A stretch of DNA of 50,979 nucleotides, taken from contig NIVC01002832.1 of NCBI GenBank assembly GCA_002269645.1, forward strand, positions 1-50,979, written 5' to 3'. A program made the position numbers and the translations under genes. Each line of letters starts with the position of its first letter. Position 1 is the stretch's first letter. Below, in pieces: positions 22,330 to 34,739 of this stretch. This DNA is from Macrostomum lignano. Taxonomy: Eukaryota. The notes beneath the pieces were generated by a model that did not search any database, was not told the DNA's origin, and saw only the letters and a list, made by a program, of their open reading frames with translations.

Positions 22330-24562
22330 ACTGGCATGAGGCTGAGCACAATAACAGCTCCATCATATTCCATAGCGAGCACTCTGACTGGCATGGGCTG
22401 AGCACAATAACAGCTCCATCATATTCCATAGCGAGCACTCTGACTGGCATGAGGCTGAGCACAATAACAGCTCCATCATATTCCATAGCGAGCACTCTGA
22501 CTGGCATGGGCTGAGCACAATAACAGCTCCATCATATTCCATAGCGAGCACTCTGACTGGCATGAGGCTGAGCACAATAACAGCTCCATCATATTCCATA
22601 GCGAGCACTCTGACTGGCATGAGGCTGAGCACAATAACAGCTCCATCATATTCCATAGCGAGCACTCTGACTGGCATGAGGCTGAGCACAATAACAGCTC
22701 CATCATATTCCATAGCGAGCACTCTGACTGGCATGAGGCTGAGCACAATAACAGCTCCATCATATTCCATAGCGAGCACTCTGACTGGCATGAGGCTGAG
22801 CACAATAACAGCTCCATCATATTCCATAGCGAGCACTCTGACTGGCATGGGCTGAGCACAATAACAGCTCCATCATATTCCATAGCGAGCACTCTGACTG
22901 GCATGAGGCTGAGCACAATAACAGCTCCATCATATTCCATAGCGAGCACTCTGACTGGCATGAGGCTGAGCACAATAACAGCTCCATCATATTCCATAGC
23001 GAGCACTCTGACTGGCATGAGGCTGAGCACAATAACAGCTCCATCATATTCCATAGCGAGCACTCTGACTGGCATGGGCTGAGCACAATAACAGCTCCAT
23101 CATATTCCATAGCGAGCACTCTGACTGGCATGAGGCTGAGCACAATAACAGCTCCATCATATTCCATAGCGAGCACTCTGACTGGCATGAGGCTGAGCAC
23201 AATAACAGCTCCATCATATTCCATAGCGAGCACTCTGACTGGCATGGGCTGAGCACAATAACAGCTCCATCATATTCCATAGCGAGCACTCTGACTGGCA
23301 TGAGGCTGAGCACAATAACAGCTCCATCATATTCCATAGCGAGCACTCTGACTGGCATGGGGCTGAGCACAATAACAGCTCCATCATATTCCATAGCGAG
23401 CACTCTGACTGGCATGGGCTGAGCACAATAACAGCTCCATCATATTCCATAGCGAGCACTCTGACTGGCATGGGGCTGAGCACAATAACAGCTCCATCAT
23501 ATTCCATAGCGAGCACTCTGACTGGCATGAGGCTGAGCACAATAACAGCTCCATCATATTCCATAGCGAGCACTCTGACTGGCATGAGGCTGAGCACAAT
23601 AACAGCTCCATCATATTCCATAGCGAGCACTCTGACTGGCATGAGGCTGAGCACAATAACAGCTCCATCATATTCCATAGCGAGCACTCTGACTGGCATG
23701 AGGCTGAGCACAATAACAGCTCCATCATATTCCATAGCGAGCACTCTGACTGGCATGGGCTGAGCACAATAACAGCTCCATCATATTCCATAGCGAGCAC
23801 TCTGACTGGCATGAGGCTGAGCACAATAACAGCTCCATCATATTCCATAGCGAGCACTCTGACTGGCATGAGGCTGAGCACAATAACAGCTCCATCATAT
23901 TCCATAGCGAGCACTCTGACTGGCATGGGCTGAGCACAATAACAGCTCCATCATATTCCATAGCGAGCACTCTGACTGGCATGAGGCTGAGCACAATAAC
24001 AGCTCCATCATATTCCATAGCGAGCACTCTGACTGGCATGGGGCTGAGCACAATAACAGCTCCATCATATTCCATAGCGAGCACTCTGACTGGCATGAGG
24101 CTGAGCACAATAACAGCTCCATCATATTCCATAGCGAGCACTCTGACTGGCATGAGGCTGAGCACAATAACAGCTCCATCATATTCCATAGCGAGCACTC
24201 TGACTGGCATGGGCTGAGCACAATAACAGCTCCATCATATTCCATAGCGAGCACTCTGACTGGCATGAGGCTGAGCACAATAACAGCTCCATCATATTCC
24301 ATAGCGAGCACTCTGACTGGCATGAGGCTGAGCACAATAACAGCTCCATCATATTCCATAGCGAGCACTCTGACTGGCATGGGGCTGAGCACAATAACAG
24401 CTCCATCATATTCCATAGCGAGCACTCTGACTGGCATGGGGCTGAGCACAATAACAGCTCCATCATATTCCATAGCGAGCACTCTGACTGGCATGGGGCT
24501 GAGCACAATAACAGCTCCATCATATTCCATAGCGAGCACTCTGACTGGCATGGGGCTGAGCA
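22330..24562 (+). repeat. 57-bp minisatellite array 2, 39 full units plus a partial unit
   Basis: 22330-24543 = 39 x 57 - 9 (nine 56-bp units), then partial actggcatggggctgagca. Confidence 0.98.
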
Positions 24563-24832
24563 TATTGCTACTCATTTTAAACGTCACTCAGGTAAATGCA
24601 ATTGCAAACAACAAGAAAAGGTTTTAACGTTCGAATGCTAAATAGTTAAATTATTTTATCTCGAAATTACTTGACAAAAACTTGTTGCGCCAGTCAACTA
24701 AAAAGTCTACGAAAATTAATAATCTATCAAAAATAGTTAAATAATATACTAATAATAGTAGTGGAAGTGTATATCTAAACTAAGCATTACAGCAAATGTA
24801 GCTATCATTATAATCAATGGAAAAATTCTCAC

Positions 24833-24944
24833 CAAATATGTCCGCGCCTCCCGGGAGCCCCGGCGCCAGCGGCCCTTGAAGCAGCCGGCCGGACCGCCCG
24901 GGCTCAGCGTATCGGCGTCGGCGCCCGCGACTCGACAGCGTCGA
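24833..24944 (-). CDS. Candidate 112-nt GC-rich exon X
   Basis: ccggcAG acceptor after a CT/GT-rich tract, TTG|GTGAGA donor, two open frames. No family motif. Confidence 0.35.
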
Positions 24945-24957
24945 CTGCCGGACGCGG

Positions 24958-25185
24958 GACAGACAGACAGACAGAGACAGACTGCAGACAGACTAGAAAC
25001 TAAGACAGACAGACAGACAAACAGAGACAGACTGACTAGCTGCAACACGGAACAGACTGTGTCAGCTGATGCTAACTCGACGAATTCTCGCTCCTGCGTA
25101 TAGGCGAGTAGACAGACAGACACTAAAACAGACAGAGACAGACTGCCAGACAGACTGCCAGACAGACACTAAGACAGACTGACTT
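24958..25185 (+). repeat. Degenerate (GACA)n microsatellite
   Basis: Repeated agacagacag tracts. Confidence 0.85.
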
Positions 25186-25987
25186 GCTAACCGTCAGGCA
25201 TCGTGATGCCTTGGGGGTTGGCCCTCATGGCTGTGAATGGCACGCCAACCTCTTGGCCAATTAATTCGTTTACAAGCCCCAAATCAATGTGTTTAGCGCA
25301 GGGGTGGTGGCGCGAGACTCAAGACGCGCTTACCACCGAGCTGCTCTGCCACAAAGCACACTGATGGGTAAAATTTTATAATTATGATTTGATACGAGTA
25401 TGTACTCAATTTGAGAATTTAAAGCGCCGCAAAAACAAAGTAAATACTAGAAAGCTGCTTCCAGTTCGCAAAATTTGCATTTGTTGAGAGATGTCAAATA
25501 ATTAAGTCTAGCTAAAAAATAGAAATCTTTGAGGAATAAAATCACCTGAATATAATAATCGATTTTGAGATTAGAAATGCATTCGTATTTTTCTCTCTAA
25601 TTTCTCTGCAGGAAAAGTTAAATGCGAAAGGAAATGAGAGCAGCAGCATGTCCTTATGCCTTCGAAATCAGCTCTGGGAGAGTGATAAAAGTGAAAATCA
25701 ATCAGGCTCGGTGCAGACTAAATTTACTGCCATTTTGGTACTTTGGACAGAGGTTAAACAATACTGATGATGAAATGACTATTATTTGCAAACATCGATT
25801 ACCTTTGAGCACAATCGCATAATTTGGGAGGCCCTTATGCACCAACTGGCATTTCTTAGCATTTACCATTCAACTATGGTGCCACTTGGCATAGATGGAT
25901 CAATGAAGAGACCGTGAACACTGAGAAGGTGATGTGCAGCTGCTGGACTTGCATATAGTTTAAGTAAAATAATAATAAATGACGTAC

Positions 25988-26150
25988 CTTTTGCGCTTTT
26001 CGCTTGTCCGCCCGCTGATTCTGATGGTAGATGCGGGAAAAATTCGACACAATGACTGGCACGGGCAGGGCGATAACAAGGACGCCGGATAAAGAGCAGA
26101 CACCGCCAACTATTTTGCCGATAATGGTGGACGGCACAATGTCGCCATAG
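25988..26150 (-). CDS. Shal: Shal/Kv4 coding exon 2 (pore YGD to S6 and KRKAQK), 163 nt
   Basis: [54 protein letters not shown]. Acceptor ttgcAG, donor AAG|GTACGT. Phase matches exon 1 (TLG/YGD). Confidence 0.97.
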
Positions 26151-28454
26151 CTGCAAGTTTGTAGTGAAAAACGGGGGGCAAAGTCAGATTATTATCGGAG
26201 ATAGGGAACATAGATCAGATCGCATGGCCCGTAGCATTCAGTCCTGACATTATTAGCATAAAATCACGGCAGCCGCCACTGGGGATTGCGGACGGGAAAA
26301 GGGAATAAAATGAAATACAAAAATAAAAAGACAAGAGCACCGAGTCAAAAGGAAATATTAAAATAAGACTAGAGACGGCGGCAATCCCAAAGGAACGCGA
26401 GATACATACATGGTTCGTGTATAATGCACCGAGAGGGCAGAAGAAAATTCATTTTTTCAAGCGGCAAACAAGAGGCCAGCCGGTAGCTAGAAGGGAGGCA
26501 AGGCAAACAGGACGAAAAGTAGAAAGCGAGACGAATGGCGACACACCGCAATGTCCCATGAGGAGATGCTCGCGAAATATAATCTGAATGGAGCGCCCAG
26601 GGGCCGCATACCGTAAGAAAAGAGTAAGCATAAATACTACTTATTTAGTATTATTATATAGAGACTGCACGAGTCCATTATCAGCCTTATCTGTTTCAAG
26701 AGCACAAACTTTAGCAGGAACTTGGGAATGATAAGCTTAACACTTAGTACATTTGGCATTGCACTTACAATAATGTCAGTATGTCTAGTGCCTATGCGCT
26801 AAGCAGATCATCTTCAGCAAAACGAATTCTGATGGCTTCAAATCCTATCTATAGTCAGTTATACTGAGTCGCAATGTGTTGTCTAGCAAATGTCTACAAA
26901 GCTTTAAAGCCTTACGAAGCTACGAAGTGATCACTATCCAATTTTACTATGTTGGCTGTCACAGACATGCGTTAGGTTTCATCACTAGCAACCTAGCATA
27001 TGCGCCAGCAGATCTATGCATCTGCAGCAGAGCAGCTGAGAGAGGAAACCAAAGAAATGGTTGATAGGGGGAAGAGAGTGAAAGAAAGCAGACTGTAGAA
27101 GCTTGCAGTAGCCAGGGCCAAGATTGGGGACGCGGGGTGTGCTGTTGTGGGATATCGGATGGCTAGGAGAGGGGGGTGGAACGGCTATCTGAGCTGGGGA
27201 GCCATAGAGACAAACAGCTCGCAGGCAGGGGATAGATGGGAACGGGAATAGAGAGGGATAGAGACCCCACATCCAACTGATTTATCATTTCAAACGCGAG
27301 GCCCTCCAGGCGTTGGAAAGCGCCGAGTGGTAGCAGGCGAGAATAGAAAAAGATAGAGAAGCCTATAGAACTGAGAGAGGGTTGGCAGGGATGAGAAAAA
27401 CAGAGAAAGCCGGGTAGAGTCAGCTAAGTGTGGCCGGCAGCAACGGGAGGGAGAAATAAATAAGAGAGATTAGGGAAGCGTTTGATTCCCGATAAATCGA
27501 TGCGGCGCAAGGCCAGACCCATGCCAGTGTTGGCAGGGTCAATCTAAAAGCAGATTTTCAGCTGCTGAAACACTGTCATGCAATATTCATTTTCGGATGG
27601 ACAGGCGCATTAAAACCCGCACAGACACCGCTGTCTACCAACAGGCACCGGACTCGGTCCATTGTTTTATAAAGACGGCAACATTTGATTCCGTCAGGCT
27701 AACAATAGAAGTTTGCAGAAGCGCTCGTCTGCTTTGGAATGACCGAAGACCAAAAAAACCGACGAGCGTCGAGAGATGGCAAGACCACAGCTGAGCAAAA
27801 AATGGGCGAGAAGAGGACAGCTACAAAATTGGCGACAGCACTAAATCGAATTTGCCGACCGTGCTGAGCCGCCAGTTCGCATCAGCATAGGCACTAAGGC
27901 GAACGCGCCACAAGCACCGTAGTGTCGCATAGAAGCTGTGTCGAATTATTCCTAACCGACAAATTCTCTCACCCCAATCCAGCATCCAAATGTGCGATTC
28001 TACATTTTTTCTCCATCATCGCACGGGCTGAACATATTAAATTTTCTATCATATGTCAAAAGCCTAATGGCGAATGCAAAGCCCTAGACGCAGTGACGAA
28101 AGACCACGAGAGGAGAGATCGAACTAAATATTGCTGCAGTGTCGGCGATGCGGCGCCTCCGTGGAAGTGCAGACATGCAAATTACGGCCTTGTAGACGGC
28201 ACCCAGAGCCAGTCTTACCCGGACTATTAGATTTCGTAGAAAGTGGAGAGCCTGTTCAACAAGATGCCAGCAGGAGACACTTCCTGCAATTCACAGTCCC
28301 ATCTTTGTAGTTGTGAGTCATTTTCGTTAGCGAAATTTTGTGCTGTAAAAGTAGTGTACGGGCTATAACCTATACTTGAAGAGCAAAAACTAAACACTAT
28401 TGAATTATCCGAAGACTCGGATTGTTCGCCAGACCTATGCAACCCTATGCAAGC

Positions 28455-28773
28455 AGGGGACTGTGTACGACCTGGCGCACTTTAAGCGACATGGTCACAC
28501 AATCGGCAAGAGGCATTGCTACCCATTCCACAGACTCGTCTGAGCAGGCACACAAGCGCGCGGATACGTACGCAGTCATACGCACAGGTAAGGCACACAC
28601 TCACACAGGAGTGTACAGCGGCTCTAACTTTAATTATCGTTAGCCATGTACACTTCCCTGTACCTTGGGGGTTGGGACTCAAGGGCGTTAATTGCAGGAG
28701 CAGAGGTAAGCCGAGATTCCAGTCTAGTCCCAAATTAATGTGACTGCACTTGAAATCCAGCCTGGGTCGCTGC
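28455..28773 (-). mobile_element. 5'-truncated copy of the second SINE family
   Basis: Reverse complement aligns with ~10195-10490. The A-box region is absent. Confidence 0.85.
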
Positions 28774-29057
28774 CCTCCTGTCTGCTGCCTAACAAAAGCA
28801 CTAGACTGTTCTAGTACCAGCCCATCAGGGGATCCTTATTTGTTATGAACTGTCTTAATTAACTGAAAAGTGATACACTAGCAGTGCAGCTGTTTGTAGA
28901 GTAATTACGAGTAATTTAGCAAAGCTGACGGCTAATCACTGTTGAAGAGCATAATACATTAAAAATTAAATCGAAACTGATTTTAAAAGGTATTTCAATA
29001 AAGTAGCAAAACTAATCATAGCCATGGTTGTGTCAAAGCCTGTTCCTTGTGCCAAGA

Positions 29058-29338
29058 GGGGGTTGTAGCCTAGAGGTTAGAGGCTTAGAGCGTCGGACTC
29101 ACGACTTGAAGGTCGGGGGTTCCATTCTCGACCCACTTAGAACAATCTGTGTCCTTGAGCAAGACACTTAACACTGCATTGCTTCAGTTCAAACAGCTGT
29201 AAAATGGGTGCCAGCATTAACTGGGGTAATTGAGGGTGTGTGTGGCGACCCCCAGTCCTTGGACTGAACAGCCGTACGCAGCCTTCAGATGCGCCGCGCA
29301 ATAGCTGCGGCTGAGCTGTCGGTTGCACATCTGGTCTA
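29058..29338 (+). mobile_element. CORE-SINE, third copy, lacking the tail, 10-bp TSD
   Basis: Homologous to 5583-5850. tgtgccaaga at 29048-29057 and 29339-29348. Confidence 0.88.
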
Positions 29339-29413
29339 TGTGCCAAGAAGAACACGGAAATAGGCCGAAGAAACATAAATATTGTTTTCGATTATTTTAA
29401 AACCTTAGAATGA

Positions 29414-30160
29414 GCGGCTGAAGCCATTGAAGGCCGGTCAAACAACTCTGATTCTACGCAGAAACTGGAGAGATGAATTCAATTGAAGCTGGGCTAGCGG
29501 CTGAAGCCATTGAAGGCCGGTCAAACAACTCTGATTCGACGCAGAAACTGGAGAGATGAATTCAATTGAAGCTGGGCTAGCGGCTGAAGCCATTGAAGGC
29601 CGGTCAAACAACTCTGATTCGACGCAGAAACTGGAGAGATGAATTCAATTGAAGCTGGGCTAGCGGCTGAAGCCATTGAAGGCCGGTCAAACAACTCTGA
29701 TTCTACGCAGAAACTGGAGAGATGAATTCAATTGAAGCTGGGCTAGCGGCTGAAGCCATTGAAGGCCGGTCAAACAACTCTGATTCGACGCAGAAACTGG
29801 AGAGATGAATTCAATTGAAGCTGGGCTAGCGGCTGAAGCCATTGAAGGCCGGTCAAACAACTCTGATTCGACGCAGAAACTGGAGAGATGAATTCAATTG
29901 AAGCTGGGCTAGCGGCTGAAGCCATTGAAGGCCGGTCAAACAACTCTGATTCTACGCAGAAACTGGAGAGATGAATTCAATTGAAGCTGGGCTAGCGGCT
30001 GAAGCCATTGAAGGCCGGTCAAACAACTCTGATTCTACGCAGAAACTGGAGAGATGAATTCAATTGAAGCTGGGCTAGCGGCTGAAGCCATTGAAGGCCG
30101 GTCAAACAACTCTGATTCTACGCAGAAACTGGAGAGATGAATTCAATTGAAGCTGGGCTA
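29414..30160 (+). repeat. 83-bp minisatellite, exactly 9 units, in Shal intron 1
   Basis: Unit starts at 29414, 29497, 29580 and so on; 747 bp = 9 x 83. Confidence 0.97.
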
Positions 30161-31335
30161 ACTGCACCATACTTGACAAGTGCATCATAAAATTCTTCAC
30201 CACACCTATACTAGACAAGAGCAGTATTCCATCATGCATGCGTGTCGGTCAGGGCAGCTGGAAAAATCCTGGACAGACAGGAGGCGTCTTGTAAATAATT
30301 CGCACTGACCAAATCAGACGGTGTGGAGAGGCCAGGCTTAGCCTATTTTACTAGAAGCTCACCTCGCGCCCGCATGTAATGGAAAAATCTAGACCTGGAT
30401 TTCTAGCGGCTGTCAGGCGCCTAAGGTTTGTTTGTTTGTTTGATCAGTAACTATTTCACACCAGTAGAGCAGTGACAAGTGCACAAGCTTTACTATTTAA
30501 TATACATAGTAATATTGAACCTGATTTATCATACTCTTGTGTATGATTTCAAAACTGCACTCGCCGTAAGTTCTGCGCCTGCTCAACCTATCGATTAAAT
30601 TGATGACCAACAAGGTTAATTAATCTGTTTGACACGATAAATAAGTGACCAGGATAAGCAGGGTCGATTAACAAAAGACTCATTGCTTTTACAATGAATA
30701 ATGCAGCTTCAGCTCTAGTCTGCAAGTACACTGAACCAAATTTGTACAAATATAGGGCGGACCAAGCGCTCACTCAGCACCAGGGGAGAGGTCGAGAAAA
30801 GACTGTTTGAACGAGGGCTGGCCTAGAAAAAAAGCACACGAACCCATTAAACTATCCGGCCTTCACTGGCCGCTTGCATCAATTCATTAATCGACTGCGA
30901 GCCAAGATGAATTTGCACGGCACAAATAGCAAATCTATGCCACTGGCGCGAGGGCAGGCTTTAGTCAAGCTCAGTCAGCAGCAGGCTTCTACTAAGCATT
31001 CTTCAGACCCCAAAAAACTGCACCCTATCCCAAAAAGAGGAGCGGAGACCTAGTAAATTATGCATCTATCCACACTGTGTACGAAGTGGTTCCACTTCAA
31101 TAGGTGCTGATAAATTTATTGAGCGCAAAAATTGCAGTAGCAAAGCCAATGCATTAGCAAAATAATGGCTGAAAATTTAGAATAACATTTACGATGGTAG
31201 ACGAAGCTGAAGCTAATAGATTAGAAATGAAAGACAGAAAATAATCCCGTTTGGTACTTCACAAATTGGATATTTAGAACAAGAATTTCGCGATTTTATC
31301 TATTCATATTAAAAACAATTTTAGCACATACTCAC

Positions 31336-32439
31336 CCCAGCGTTGTCATGGTGACTATAGTGTACCAGAAGGCCGCTGGTATTGATACAAAGCCTGTTTT
31401 AGGTTGATTCTTCTCTGCATAATACATCACGGTAGCGAAGATGATGACTGCCATTGTCATGGAGAACAATAGAAAACCAAGTTCAGAAGCGCACGACTTC
31501 AAAGTGTAGCCCAGAATTCGAAGTCCCATGGAGTGCCTGGAAAACTTGAAGATGCGAAACACTCGAAAAACCCTTAGCGTGACGAAAGCTCCGCTCAGGT
31601 CCTTATTATCCGGCATGAACAGTCCGATATAATAAGGCAGGATAGCCACGATATCGATGACGCTCATCACTGCGCGCAGATGCTTCAGCCGCTGGGGGCC
31701 GCGTACAGCCTGGCCAGGTATTCCACAGTGAAGATGAGCACGCAGGCCGTGTCCAAGCAGAAGAATGCCACTGAGAAGCGGTCTCCGCATGCCGGACTCA
31801 AATTAGTGCCGGGCTCAACTCCGCACGGGATGGTCTCAAACACGTTAGCGAGAACGGATACGGCAATGAAGAAGCCCGTCACGTAGTAAACAACCAATGC
31901 TACCGTCGAAGACTGGGGATTCTCGAACGCGCGCCAGAGCTTCTCCCTAGGCGTGCTGTGCGGCATGGCGTTCTCGGCATCGGAGTCCTTGTCGTCAAAC
32001 AGGCGCTCGTTATTCTCCCGCTTGCGATCCCTGTAGTCCTCGTAGCAACAGTCGCCCATGATGTCCGGCATGATGCCGAAGAAGGCCAGCTCCTCATCGT
32101 AGGCCATGATGCACTCATTCTTGGATAGTGCAGCCTGCCGGTGCGGTAGTAGGCCAGGATGTGGCGGAACAGGTCCGGGTCTCGGTCGAAGAAGTACTGC
32201 TTGCTGTCCTCATCGTAGAAGTACTCCTTCTCATCGCTGCCGAGCAGAGTGTCCGGAAACTTCTCCAGCGTGTTGCGCCAAGTGACAAACTTGCGCCCGG
32301 AGACGCTGATGACCAGCTTCTCGTCCGATTTGTGATCCTCATCTCGCAGCGGGGGCGGCGGCATCGGGCCCTGGGCCACCGGCACCCAGCCTATGGCCGC
32401 CGCCCTGGCAAAGGGAAGCCACGCAGCCACGGCGGCCAT
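31336..32439 (-). CDS. Shal: Shal/Kv4 potassium channel exon 1 (N-terminus, T1, S1-S5, pore), with two apparent 1-bp frameshifts
   Basis: [22 protein letters not shown] (KChIP-binding N-terminus), [40 protein letters not shown] then GTGAG. Frame changes near 32123 and 31692. Confidence 0.96.
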
Positions 32440-32941
32440 ATTTCATTTAACACGCTGCTTTGAAGATTATCAAACTGTTAACTATCAAAAGGTAACCTTG
32501 ACGCAATGTGTGTATCTGGGCGGCGGCAGCGCTGAGGACTACGGGTGACGAGGCCCAGCAGGACAACAGAAGGTCCGCAGTCCGACCGTGCCAGTCGGCG
32601 TTTACCAATGACCGTTGCCGCCCGCTGAAATGATTGGTTAAAATCATTCCTAATATAGTATATACTTCAATATTCGCGCCATACTACCAATAGAAACTAT
32701 ATAATATAATTACCGTCAGAAAACAAATCCAAGAAAAGAATGCCAATTTTACACCGAGCGAGTTCAATTTAATGCTTGAACCAGACTGCCAAAGCGCGGA
32801 ATACACGCACCGTTTTTATCCCCATTCTTTATACTTTCTTCCCAACCCCCCTCAGCTAACCAACAACTCATCTCCCTTCTCTGGCACTTCTCTTGCTATG
32901 CGGGCGTCACAGACTAAGAAAGGCAAGGACAGAGAGGAATA

Positions 32942-33184
32942 AGGAAAGCAGGCAGAGGTTGGTGAGGGGATAGAAATGCAACGAGCGAGAGCGACGAGGA
33001 TGGAGCTGCAGAAGGCCACGCAGAAGGGATGGGACTGGGAGGGGGAAGAGGGTGGATAGAAGTGGAAAATGGGTAGAGTTGGGACAACACTGGCAATGCT
33101 ACTGTCGTCGAATAAGAAATTTTCCTATTGCTGTCCATCTTGCGCTTTTATATGAAATCTTTATTGACACTACAGTTTTTGCAT
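32942..33184 (-). repeat. ~240-bp purine/pyrimidine-skewed dispersed repeat, inverted partner at 41337-41577
   Basis: Near-identical reverse complement; the ORF track gives the same peptide MDSNRKISYSTT... from both. Confidence 0.9.
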
Positions 33185-33343
33185 ATGCGCATTACATTAC
33201 TGTAAAAGTGAGTAATATAAGAAAAAGTATTAACGCATTTCTTGTTTTTTCAGCGAAAAACCTGAAATAAACATTATTAAACGAAACCACCATTTGGACC
33301 TCGGATATTTACTCTCCTATGGGCCGTTAAGTAACCGAAAACA

Positions 33344-34739
33344 CCGGGTGGCGCATAAGTAACCGAAAAAGTTTAAACTTAATAACTATCGCATACATAG
33401 AGGCACGTTAATGAAACTAACAGCCTTGAAAGTTCTCAAGTTGGCAATAATCATACTGGCTAAATCGAGTTCTAAATTTGAGCGCTAATTTTTTGAGTTC
33501 TAAATCTGACATTTCGCTCATGTCAGAACAGGCGCTTGACGAAATGGCTTGTAAAAGCAGCCTGAAGTAAAGTATCTTCGATTTTTTATCGCGTCTTCGT
33601 ACGAAAGTACCCACAGCCCCGTTGTTGTGCAACGAAAATTCTGAGCCCAGTTTGTACTGAATGCCAAACTACCTACAAGATCCACTATTCTGGCTATTTA
33701 CAGCAAAGTTGTGGAAACAGGGAACCTTAATGACAAACAGTGAAGCGGATGGTCTGTGTCTACGAGAACAACGGATGCGGTCGCTGCAGTGCTGACTGCC
33801 TACGATGATAACCAAACAGTGTCAACACGCCATGCGTCTGTGGAAATCGGAATGTCACGGAGATCTGTTTAAAGAATCCTTCATGGAGAAGGCCTTCACC
33901 CCTAAAAACTACAAATGCTGCAGGAAATCAGCAAGATTGCATTGATCGCCTATGGTTTTGCGAAAAGATGCTGCAGGCCATTCGTGAGGATGAAATTCTT
34001 CTGTCACACGTCATCTGGATTGATGAGGCGCATTTTTATCTCAGCGGAGAAGTTAACAGGCACAACTGCAGATACTGGTCGTAGGATAATCCCTATCATA
34101 CAATGAGTAGCCCCATGCATTTCGCGAAGACCACAGCGGCGGCATCATCGGCCCATTCTTTGACAAGACTGTCACTGGCCAGTCTTACCTAGCAATGCTC
34201 AAGGAACAACTGCTTCCGATGCTACAGAGAATGCCCCAGTTCAGAGCTAGTCGACTTTGTTTCATGCAAGATGGTGCCCCGCCACACTGGGCTTCTGGTA
34301 TGCGCGACTGGCTGAAAAACATCTTTGGCAAGCAGTGTATTGACCGAGGAGGACCCATGCGCTGGCCTGCTCGAAGCACTGATCTCACACCATGTGACTT
34401 CTACTGGTGGGGTGATCTGAAACGACGAGTATAAGTTCGCCAGATGGTCTCCATTCAGGAGCCAAAGCAGCAGGTTGTCTCTGCTATCGGTACTGCACCA
34501 CACCTTCAGACTGCTGTTACAAGCCATTTCGTTCGTCAAGTGCCTGGAGTTCTGCAGTGAGCGAAATGGTGCTCATATTGAGAACTCGATTTAGTCTGGT
34601 TATTGACAACTTAGAAAACTTTTATACTGCAAAAAGTTCTTACTATGTGTTCTTTAAGACTGTTGAGTTTCGTTAAGATGGCTCTATATATGTGATAGTT
34701 TTTTATTTTTAGTTTTTTACTTACTTATGTGCTATCTGG
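33344..34739 (+). mobile_element. Degenerate rosa-type (DD41D) Tc1/mariner transposon with ~110-bp imperfect TIRs
   Basis: Broken frames VQRKF*, WIDEAHF, QDGAPPH...RSTDLTPCD (41 residues between the 2nd and 3rd Asp). Left end CCGGGTGGCGCATAAGTAA; right end ttacttatgtgctatctgg followed by TA. Confidence 0.88.

Larger units (their letters stand above)
15655..24543 (+). repeat. Segmental duplication, right copy
   Basis: See left copy 1-8911. Confidence 0.97.

Noticed and set aside
22304-24627. Many overlapping repeat ORFs in array 2 and the minus-strand ORFs of array 1
   Set aside because: By-products of a stop-poor 19-codon unit; frames switch at each 56-bp unit.
25863-25940. [11 protein letters not shown] as the Kv4 HHHLLHCLE exon
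   Set aside because: Only HHLL matches, with no convincing phase-compatible splice sites.
29414-30160. 83-bp array as CRISPR or coding repeat
   Set aside because: No spacers, unit length not divisible by 3, intronic in Shal.
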